Source: Gonapodya sp. JEL0774 (lineage: Eukaryota). Taken from it: a stretch of DNA of 64,000 nt. Each line of letters starts with the position of its first letter. Position 1 is the first letter of the stretch. A program made the translations under genes and the position numbers. The notes below the pieces were generated by a model. That model saw only the letters and a program-made list of their open reading frames with translations, made no database searches and was not told the origin of the DNA. Location: the NCBI GenBank assembly GCA_027604505.1, contig JADIIX010000020.1:1-64000 (forward strand), given 5' to 3'. Positions 48,983 to 61,349 of this stretch are shown one piece after another.

Positions 48983-50995
48983 CTACCGATGGGACCCCGA
49001 AAACGGCTCTGTTTTCTCCACGAGTTCTCCATCTCCCTTTCTCTCATCATCAGTTCCATTCAGTCCTTCTTTATAAACCGCTTCCTCGTCCGACACAAAG
49101 TCCACCTGCAATTCTTCAATTCGGCGGGTCGCCTCTTCGTTCGTTGGAAACGCCCCAATATGTCCCTCCCGCCCCAAACCAAGATCACCAAACCCATCCT
49201 CCTCCACAAACTCGAGTGGAGACACGCCGAACCCTTCGACGTGCCAGGGTCGCGCGGGGGAGAAATTTTGGTTCCATTTCAGGGAATTGCGTATGGTGTG
49301 AACCCAGGAAAGATTTCGGTCATCGCGGACGATGCAAGGCACGGGGTAGGGACTCCGGCGTATTCTTTGTGGTGGGGATCGGGTTGTTCGGCATCACGCG
49401 AAACGGCACGCAAGTGCGGGAAGCCCTTCATCGCAACCTACCGGAGGTACTCGCCACCCCTGAGGACCCACAAGTCCCTCCCATCGACACTCACACCGCC
49501 CATTCCCCTTGAAGCCGCCGATATCCGCATCTTCACAGTTGAAGAAGGGGGTAGCAGTACAGGTCGAAAACTAAGAGATCGAGGGCATATGGGAGTGAGA
49601 AGGAGGGCGTTGACGGATGGATTTATTATTGGGCCACCGGACGAGAGAGAGTAGGCTGTGGAGCCAGTGGGGGCTACAATGAGGAGGGTGGAGCGTTTTT
49701 GGCTCTGTTTAAACTCGAATGATTGAGACACGATGCACCCACTGCTGACAATCAGACCATCTGCGACAACAGATTCGGTAAGAACTTCATCGTTCTAGGA
49801 CGTTCACGGAATGGGGATGTTGGTGTACACGGAAGCATCATCCAGACAAACATTTACAGGTCAATCTTCAACTGTCCCCCTCCCTTGCGGCAAAACAAAC
49901 TGAAGCTCGCCACAGTCTACGCACCACAAAGACATCCGCTGTTATAAGTTGAGGTTGCCGTCCCCGATGCAGGACAATTTCGTTCAGGACGTGTGTTTCG
50001 GAATTCAAATCGATTCGCTCCCCGTTCTCCCGATGGACTGTACAGGCCAGTCTCATACGCAGAAGTATGGAGATATCACTGCCATCGAGGAGACGGCGGA
50101 GGGTGGGACGGTAGGCGGATATACCTTTTTATGATCTGATGAGCCTGGCAGTAACAAATAGGGAACAAAGGGAGCGTCAGGATAGCATACCAAACCCCAG
50201 AAGAAAGCCAATGGTGCCCATAGAGAAGGATACGATTGGTGGACACTCCCGACCGAACAGGGAACACGCATACAAAATCGTTCCATCTCCACCCAAAGTG
50301 ATTACAAAATCCGCGAAGGAAAGATCGGGCGGCGGTTTGGAAGTTGCCGGTAGGGTAACAGGAGTCAGCTTATTATCCCCTGATACACTCGCGGGTGAGG
50401 TATAGCATGGTCGAGGAATCTCGTTCAAGCATCGTTCGCGAGCTCGGAGTTCGGTGTACACATCGTCTTCCACGTAAACGGTAATTGAAGGGTAATTTCT
50501 ACTCAACCAGCTGCAACAAAAGCAAATCGTTCAGATGATGGAAAACGTGGGCCACGACAGAGCCACATACCGAGCGATTTCAAGAAGTGCTATCTCTGTC
50601 TGTGCATCTCCGGGCTTCTTGACAATAAGAACTGAGCGGGGAGGTTCCAGCCACCGAAGTTTTCTCTCTACTCTTTTGAGAGATGGGTGAATGCGCTTGC
50701 TTATCACTCCTGGCAAGGCCCAACGTCCATGTAAAGCTCACGCGTGGGACTGTAGTTGAGGTTCCGACCTCATGTAATCAGTATTGGTGGGATCCAAGAG
50801 CACGATTTTGCGATGTAAAAGGGGAGTTTTTGAGACAGGGGCGCCATTACCATTTCCATGAATACTCGGTAGGGCTGTAGCGGGGCCAACTCGGGCGGAA
50901 TGTTTGAACCGAAGCGGAAGGAGTGGGATTGGATTGGGAAAGAGCCTTGGGATAGAATTGAAGACGCGATGACATGCACAATATTTTGTCCACAT
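48983..50995 (-). CDS. POS5: NAD(H) kinase, Pos5-like (probably mitochondrial)
   Basis: [74 protein letters not shown]. Confidence 0.88.
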
Positions 50996-51118
50996 GGAAT
51001 TCGTGGACGAGAGTTGTCGAGCTGTCGAGCGGGGGATCCGGCTCAAGCAAGCGGGAGTGGGTGCCTCGCTGTGGTCACATCCCTTCGTCTTCAGAACCAC
51101 AACCCAACCAATTCAATA

Positions 51119-52390
<1,272 letters not shown>

Positions 52391-52456
52391 ATTTTTGGAC
52401 CGCTGTAGTGTGTCCTCGGACATATATAGACTGAACATCACAACAAACCATTCCCA

Positions 52457-54275
52457 ATGATGACCACTGACGATGACGACCAGATGGAACTTGACCGAGA
52501 CAATGCTTCTGATGCCGGGTCTGTTGTTTCGCAGTCGGATCACGGTGCGGACTCGGATGTGGAGATGGCTCCAGGAAAGTCGTCACATTCGCTGGACAAG
52601 GGAAAGGGAAAAGCCAGGGATGAAACGGTGCTACTCCCTGGGAGAGGAGGAGCTGGCACTCTGGAGAATTTGCCTTGGTACGTGGTGTACTCTCCCTTGA
52701 AATCGACGCCAGGTCTCTAACTCGTGGATGGACGTGATGTCACCAAAGGGTGGAAAAATACCGACCACAAGAGCTCGACGAGGTGATTTCTCACCAGAAT
52801 ATTATATCTACAAGTGAGTGCTGTCGATGGGGCCGGCTCTGCATCAGCAATGCGAAGTCGTCTATGGATTGCGAACGTCCCCTGCTAATCACCACTTTTT
52901 CATCTGATTCGTGATCTTTTCCACCTCTCATTGCCATGGCGCAGTCAGCAAGTTTATCTCCGAGAATAGGCTACCACATCTTCTCTTCTACGGACCACCT
53001 GGTAAGGTTGAGAGAAGTCCAACTCGAGAAGTCCATTGATCGCTCGGAATATCCTTCCCTTGAACCACTTAAAACCAATGCTAACCAATAGGAACGGGCA
53101 AAACAACTACAATATTAGCTATTGCGCGTCAGCTTTATGGTGCCAAGTGGAAGTCGATGGTCCTGGAGCTCAACGCGTCTGACGACCGAGGTATCGAGGT
53201 CGTTCGAGAGCAAATCAAAAACTTTGCCAGCACGAGAGCCGTCTTCAGGTGTGTGAAGCATTTTGTGTGCTCAGTATTTGTTTTTGCAACTTCGGCGACT
53301 CACATTTGTACAACTATATGGACCTTTTACCCGCTGTTGCAATAGCACCGGATTCAAAATGATCATTCTGGACGAAGCAGATGCTATGACACAGGCTGCA
53401 CAAGCTGCTCTGAGACGAGGTGAACTCTTATTGTGGCTTCCATCAAGACTCGACTTGATGTGACGTAGACCATTGTGGGAACAGTTATCGAATCCTACAC
53501 CCGTAACGTCCGCTTCTGTATCATTTGCAATTACGTCAGCAAAATTATTCCAGCATTACAATCTCGGTGTACGAGATTCAGGTTCTCGCCGCTCAAATTA
53601 GATCAAATCGACAAGCGACTGGACTTTATTACGGAGAAGGAAGGGTAAGCGACCTAAGCTAATGGAATTGCGAGCTCTTGACGATGCTCAAGATTTCATT
53701 GAACATATGGCTTTTAGTATAAACCTTACGGATGATGGCAAGCAGGCGCTTCTTAAACTCTCTCAAGGCGACATGAGACGAGCACTCAACATTCTCCAGG
53801 CCTCTCACGCTGGTTACCCCGTAGTTGACCAAACAGCCGTGTATACATGCACTGGTGATCCGTTACCTGCTGACATCGAGCGAATTCTAGAGTGGATGTT
53901 AGCGGAAGAGTTCTCGACGGCACTGGATAGTAAGTGAGCGTGTTTGATAGTGATCTTTGGTGCATGTCTTGATTTCTTTCGTTGCCACAGAAATTCGAGC
54001 TCTCAAGACGGACAAGGGCTTAGCTCTGACTGATATCCTAACGGGTGTACATGCGTTCCTGTCGCAACTGGAGCTGCCTCCAAAGTGCCGAATTTATCTG
54101 TTGGATCGATTATCGGACATTGAGTGAGCTCCCAGGATATTTCTTGTGTCCGTCCCGCTGCTCATAATAAAAAATTCACAGGTATAAACTGAATTCTGGC
54201 GGCACTGAGAAAATTCAACTCCCGGCTATGATCGGAGCATTCAGAATCGCAACGGAAATGGCGGGGAGAAGTTGA
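52457..54275 (+). CDS. RFC3: Replication factor C small subunit (yeast Rfc3 / human RFC5)
   Basis: [70 protein letters not shown]. Confidence 0.94.
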
Positions 54276-54547
54276 TTTATTTACATTTTGGGCAGCCGCT
54301 CCTCGACCCTACCCCGCCTCCAGGGCCAGGAATACATCTGACGCAATACATTACATGAAATAAATATGCACATTGTACAAGTAAATCCTCCTGCCATCGG
54401 ATACCGAGCTCTGGGACTGTGTAAGTGACACTCATCCTGATATATGTACATAACTCATCGTGGTTTGAAGGTCAGCAGGGTTTGTGACGTCACAGTTACG
54501 CCCGGCTACTGGCCGCCACCCACGGATTAAATTTTTCATGGATTGCC

Positions 54548-57500
54548 ATGCACTCTGTCCTCCCTTCCTTACCCTCGTTCCTCATCCTGCTTGCAATATT
54601 ATCGTACTCCGTGGTAGCTCTGACAACTCCACCCTTTCATGCTGTCGATTTGCAGAGCCGGAGAGACACCAAAGTGGAAAGATCACAGGAAGTGGACTTT
54701 CCTCTCCAGTTCAGTGGCGGGCACCTATTCCAGAAACGTCACATCCTTTTTTTTGTCAATCAAGTGGCAGTTGCGGGCGCTGCCAGTGGAAGGCTCGTGA
54801 GGAATCAAGTTCCGTTAACGGGGACCGAGAATCTCCGGGTGGAGCTCCTCCTCGATGGCATACGTATTCCTGTGGAAGAGCCGTGGATTAATGGTGGTTC
54901 TTTGGGACTGCTGAAGACTGGTGAGTCTGTACCTCTTTGGCTCCTCGCGTGCTCTTCTCACAAAGACTCCGTGGTGGCCCCCAAAGTCCGAACTCCCCTT
55001 GCAAGCTCTTGTCGACAATACTTCTTCGAAGTGTTTGATGACTCGAATATTTCTGTGGCGCGCTGGCCTGCATATGGATCCCTCACCACTCAAGAGATAG
55101 ACGGATGGTGTGCCAGTCCAGCAGGTGTGCTGTTCCATTCTCTTGGTGTCAGACATATGACCAACAGTAACGGTACATAGATCCCAGTCTCGCCCTTTTT
55201 TCGAGCGTTTTGGACATCCTCATAGCAATTGCATACTTCTCTATTCCCTTCGAGGTGTGTGGTTGCGGCTTTCCCCGTTCTTATCCCCCATGATGTCGAG
55301 TGTCTTTGCCCTGCGTTACAACAGCTGATCTTTTTCATTCGACGCGCTCCACACTTTCCATTTCCGTCTGTCTTCTTCATGTTTGGGGCCTTTATCGCAT
55401 CGTGTGGGGCCACCCATATTGTCGGTGCCTTGGTCCCTTGGCCTTTCATTCCGTGTGAGCTATTGTGTACTCCCGGATACATTGGCGTCACACAATTTAA
55501 CTTGATGAAAAGTCTATGGAGCGCAGATTGCCTTGAAGCTTGCGACCGCCGCTGTTTCCCTCTTCACCGCGGGCGCACTACTCATAATAATTCCCAAGGT
55601 GAAACTGTTGTCCGTGGTTGATCATTGATAAGGTTCATCCCTAACTCGCTATTTGGTGAGAGCAGGCGTTCGAACTTCCTGTGTATGCTCGTGCCATGGA
55701 GCTTGCGGTCAGTGTGCTGTTTTGTCTCAATGGTGAACAGGTTTGGGTTGAAGAAGTCCTGCAGCTTTCTGAGAGGATGCACACAATGCGCTCTTTGCGT
55801 GACGAAAATGAAGGTCTTGAAGCATTCAGAACCATTACCCACAGGATTCGGACCAAGGCCTTGGATTCAAGACCAGGTGCGAGAATTTTCCACTCAACGG
55901 CGAGATTTTTCATAAAAGGATGGAAGTATTTACGAAATTTATTCGTGAACACTGAAGACATTCTTCGATACACTGCCAGTGAAGTTGCCCAGGTTTACCT
56001 CCGAGGCGACCAACGTTGGGGAAGGTGCCTCGTTTACCTACCGTTCGTACGAGAGAAAGACAATGGTGGAGGCTCGGAAATGGACGCCTTTTTTTGGTGT
56101 TTCAATGAGCATATAAAAGGCGATGATGCCGACTCTATCGCCTCTGTGAAGTCGGTGCTTCTTTCGGCTGATATGCCGTCAGTTCGGTTGTGCCTAAACT
56201 CTGCGGCCCCAGTGGAAGTGAACGAGGCAACAATGCCGGAAGAGCTATTGGCATTCCAGGATCTGTTTGGTGGTTACAACAATGGTATTATCAATGCTGT
56301 TCTTCTGGTCCGCATCCTCGTGCCACAAAATTCGTCGGCATCCTCTGGGGACACGGATTCGGACAACGTGCTCTCAACGGCTTCCGAGTCTTTCCTTCTT
56401 TCTAGTTTAGACTCGACGTCTCAGAATTATGAACCTCGAAGTTATGGACTAATGGTTCTCGTCAGACATATCCCGCCTCAATACGCTTTTGGTGACGGTG
56501 AAACAACATTGGAGCAAGAAGTACCGATATTCTCACAGAATCGCTACTCGCGAATCAAATCATTCACACCAAGGGTTCTACGGCGCAAGTTCCAAGAGTC
56601 GTTCTCCTGGGGTGTGCACACAGGTCTCCTTCGTGACGTCGTGGAACAAACTACGATTTCATTGGCGCGAGCAGCACTCCTGGACGGGAACAAGTCGCGA
56701 ATCAAGGAACTTGCCGAGCAGAATGTGGTTTTGAAACAAGCACGGAAGGAGGCGCAGTTGGCAAAGGGACAACGAGAATTCCTTGCGATTATGAGCGTGA
56801 GTGTAAAACTATTATTTTAGAGTTTTAAGGTCGTGAGGTGCATGACGTTGCCTTGCAGCATGAGATGAGAACTCCTTTGTATGCAGTGACGGCCTTGTCC
56901 GCGATGATGCTTGGTGCGGTAGTTTCTATTGTGCAGCAATAGTGTGGTTCTCTCCTGAAGAAACATGTTGTTCTTGTAGAGCTTCCATTTCTACAAAACT
57001 ACTCGACTTCTAACTCGACCATCGAAGAACGCCAAGTTTTGGAGTTAATTGACATGCTTGAGGTTGTCAAGCGAAGGTCAGTTCACTTGGATTGAATTCT
57101 GAAAACATTCCTTTCACTCAAAACTTCATTTAGTGGCGACATGCTGATATCGATTGTGACCAATATACTGGATTTCACGAAAGTTGAAGAAGAAGCGCTT
57201 AGTCTGGAAAAGCGACCTTTTGTCGTACGTGAAGCAATTGAGACCTCTATGGAGATCGTCACCATGCAGGATGACAAGGCTTCGAACCCACACATCAACG
57301 TTCAAATTGGTGGTTCTGTGCCGACCATTTTGGTCGGGGATTTTACAAGGCAAGTTTCCAGGATATTTGGTTGACAGCTCTAAATTCTTATTACCCGTCC
57401 AGAGTTCGTCAGATTGTTGTCAATCTCCTTTCGAACGCCTGCAAGTTTACACCCAAGGATGGAGATGGTAAACACAAATTTGCACCATTTCCGCTCCCGA

Positions 57501-59970
57501 TAATCCAACGTTGGTGTTTTCATCTGTGATCAGTGATCATATCACTGTCAGCAAGGCAAGCAGACGCTTTTGTGCCCGATTTAAGCAACCGATCTAGAAT
57601 CATTTTGGAGGGCTCAGTGATTGACACGTGAGTTTGTTTTCAATAGCAAACTCCAATGCTCAATAGCAAACTCCAAAACAATGACCATTCGCTCTCTTCA
57701 ACTTCCAGAGGCGTGGGAGTGCCAGAAGAACATCGGAAGAAAGTCAGTGATTGTTTCATTTATTTGCCTTTACAGGATGATAAAGAATCGCCTGTCTTTC
57801 GCAAGCTTTTCGTTAAGTTTTCCCAGGCCGACGCTTCGATAACCCGAAAGTTCGGTGGAACTGGACTAGGTTAGTTATGAAATTTAGAAACGAATACTGG
57901 ATTCAAGCGATTTGGAATGCGCCCTTTTTAAGGTTTGGCAATTGTGAAAAAGCTGACTGCACTGATGGAAGGCGATGTATGGGTGGAAGGTGAGTGTACC
58001 GCGTATGGATCACTTTGCCCTCAGGGTAATCTTTCTGCTCTCCAGAGAATACTGAAGCAAATAAGGGCTCAGTGTTTCGGTTCAGAATAGCTTTGGAGGG
58101 ATACCGGGAGGGCGACTGGGACATGAAGTCCCGACCATCACCGCCTCTTCCCGCAAATCCCTCGTTTGACGCCAAACATGTTTGGTGTGTAGACTCTCAT
58201 GAGCGGAATCTTCAAGGGCTCGCCAGTACATTGGAAGCAACTGGATGTCGAAACTTTTCGATGTCCCACTCTCTATCCCAATTCCTTTCTGTCATTGGAA
58301 GCTCAACGTCAACGTTAGGGAGTCCCTCCTCTCCTCCAACCTGTCATGGAATCATTGTTGACATGCGCACAATTGTAGAAAAAGAGGAAATCTCTGTACT
58401 TCGGCGTTTCCTTGCTCGGTGGCCTGATTCGCCCAAACGAATTATGTTACTATGTGAGACCATCTTTCAGTTTCTAAAACTTTTAGTATATAGGTCTTAC
58501 TCTTTGTTTAACCAATACGCCTGCAGGTAGCCCTTCTCTTCAAAAGCTCGCAAGGAGGCAAATTGGGTACGTTTCGACTAGCTATCCACAAAAATTGTTT
58601 GTGCAGTGTGTGTTCAGCATTTTTCGTGTTGGTTGGCAGGTACTTGAGCACGAGAATAACTTCGGGAGGGGGCCCGACGTCCGAGTCTCTTGTGATGGCC
58701 ACGAAACCCGTCAAGTATTCTATTCTCTGGAAATTCTTGATGGGTCTTCCCACAGGGCCAGTGGGCATAAATATTGGGTTACTCGAAAGCTCTAACTTGA
58801 ACTCCAACAACGCATATGCCAAACAAGTATTTTTAGACAGATCATTGGCCACCTCTGAAACTACAGCCGAACCAAACGCTCTGTCTTCCCAAAGTCAACT
58901 AAATCGCATGGACTCTCCACTTTATCTGAACATGTTGAACCCGCTGTCCGAAGACCAGTTCAAGTCGGCTTCGCCACCTACTCGTGTTTCCCGAGCACCC
59001 CAACAACCTCCGACACCTGGAAGTTACATAACTGCCAGTCCAGGTAGTACAACTTCATCGAATGACTTCTCCTTGGCGACCTTTGCGGGACCCAATCGAG
59101 ATTCCCAGAGCCCTCGGGACTACTTTTCATTTCAGCCCAAAACTTCGCGTGCAACCTCTATCCAAACTCCAGGGCACCAGTCAGAGACGTATAACAATAG
59201 ATTTGACGAACGGGAGCAGTCACGGGGGACCGTTGAATTACGTGGTCCGGAGTCAGCACTGCCCCCAAGAGTTCCTGTCCTGAACACAACACCAAAGCCC
59301 CTAATGGTGACATTGAGCCAGTCGAACAGTGAGGTCCCATTGCCGACATTCAATGTTTTGATTGTGGAGGGTGAGTGGGTAATGTCGTTTACCTTCACGA
59401 GTTCTCAATCTTCTCCTCTCTGAAGACAATCAAATCAACCAAATGGTGACCGGCAGAATTCTGCAAAAGCTTGGGCAAAAGTTCGAGGTTGCGGAGGATG
59501 GATTGAAAGCCCTCCGATTGTTTCAGCAGGGGCGCACATTTGATATTGTGCTAATGGATATATCAATGCCGCAGGTGAGTTAGAATCGCCATTAATTTTA
59601 GCATGTAATGCTGACTATTGGGTAGATGGATGGATACATATGCGCCAGAGAAATTCGAAAGCTGCTTGGTGGATCAAAACCTTGGATTGTTGCATTGACG
59701 TGAGATCCCCGTGATGCGGCACTGAGATTAGGATGTGTGACTCACTGCCACCGCTTTTAACTTTAGAGCAAATGCTCTGTACGATGACAGGGTGAGAGCT
59801 TTGGAGGCAGGGTCAGTGGTAGTTTCGCGAACGTCCCTTTACTTCGCTATAAATCTCATACTGAAAGCGATAACACACCTTTATATCATAGAATGAACGA
59901 TTTTGTTCCAAAACCCGCGAAACAGTCCGATATTGTGGACGCCTTGATTCGGTATCTGGAACAAACCTGA
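54548..59970 (+). CDS. Ethylene-receptor (ETR1)-like hybrid histidine kinase: signal peptide, unknown N-terminal domain, 3-TM ethylene-binding domain, GAF, HisKA, HATPase, degenerate receiver, receiver
   Basis: DILIAIAYFSIPFELIFFI, FGAFIASCGATHIV, KLATAAVSLFTAGALLIIIP, ITHRIR, FLAIMSHEMRTPL, NLLSNACKFT, DTGVG, FSQADASITRKFGGTGLGLAI, VLIVEDN..VLMDISMPQMDG..ALTANA..FVPKP. Confidence 0.93.
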
Positions 59971-60179
59971 AGAGCCCGCATCTAATCACATCGCATTGTC
60001 TAACTCACGTAAATAGGTCAACCACGTACATAAACGGAAGCCATCATGGAATGTACGGAGCTTCTACGGCGGTTTGCATCACCGTATTACTGTAATCAAT
60101 TTTATGTATGTACAAAGAGGAAGTTACATCAGGAAGATCTTCCTTCATCCATGACCATGATGCGGCAAAGGTCCCTCAA

Positions 60180-60819
60180 TCATCTGTGTTGTAGAAGGCG
60201 TGGAAGTCGATTGAGCATGGCGCCCTGTAGTTAGCTCCGGCTTGAGTGAATAGTATGTAAGGTCCAGGGGATGGCACTCTCTTTTACAGAGCCCCACTTA
60301 CCGTCTTGTATCGGTGCAGAAAAGTCTTCATGGTAGCCGCATACATATCAAACCCTAGAGCCTCCATCGCCCAGACGATGTCATCACCGTTCACCGTCTT
60401 CCGGGTATCGTTGATACACCGTTCGGCAGCTGGGGTCCTCCATGGCACCATATTACAGCAACAGGCCAAAATTCATAAAAGTCAATAGTCATGGAAGCTG
60501 AGTAGAAGAATATCTGGTTGGGGAAACGCAGGACTTGCCTGAACTTCGACTCACCTTCGCTCGATACGAAGGCGACAAACTCGCTAACACACTCCTGCAT
60601 GCATTCTTTTGCCTCCTTCGATATCTTTGCACTCTCAGGCAATGCGTTTTTCATGATGCGCGCGACATTGGCCACCGGAAGCAATCGATCGTGATCCTGT
60701 ACTTTTTCTCCAGATTGCCGGCCACTCTCCACCCCTCCACCATCTTCTGGAGCCAAAAATTGGCTTATGTGATCGTCCGGTAGGGGTGATAAATGCGAGA
60801 GACCGGCGGATTGGTCCAT
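60180..60819 (-). CDS. HAP3: CCAAT-binding factor subunit Hap3/NF-YB; last exon uncertain
   Basis: [67 protein letters not shown].Y. Confidence 0.93.
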
Positions 60820-61349
60820 CAGGTGTGATTACTCTTGTGGTGGATGCATACATGGCTTACTGTCCTCCAGGTTTTTGGTAGGTGCCCCCCAATCCACCCT
60901 CCCCTCAAGGCGCCCCATTCCCATCTCCTATCTCCCTCCACAGCCCCCACCTTCCCACAAAGGTATCCGTTTGCTTCCCGCTCAAACCTTCGGCGTACCC
61001 TCTTACTTACCTTACACGCCGCCACGTGCCGTGCCCACAGAGTTGCGCGTTCTTGTTCACGGCGAGGGGAGGGGAGGCCGGGGTGACTGCTGATACTGAG
61101 GACGGAGACATATTCTTGGTGATCGTATTCTACCTTTTCTGAACATCCCCTTTTCTTCAGCGCTGAAATGGGATACTAGCATACAATTGTCGCACGCAGA
61201 CGTCTTTGCGGGGAAGAATTAGAGATCACTCAAGAATCTTTGTTGAGTGATGGTCTTCTTTTGTTTCCCTTCCTCTCCCCATTCCGTGGAGATGAAGATC
61301 AAGGTGATTCTCTTATTCTCAGGAATCTGATTTCAAATGCCACATTTCC

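Noticed and set aside
48847..49654. Long plus-strand ORFs (221 and 229 aa)
   Set aside because: They lie antisense to the well-supported NAD kinase exons.
57640..57678. Tandem CAATAGCAAACTCCAA duplication
   Set aside because: Small intronic slippage duplication with no evident function.
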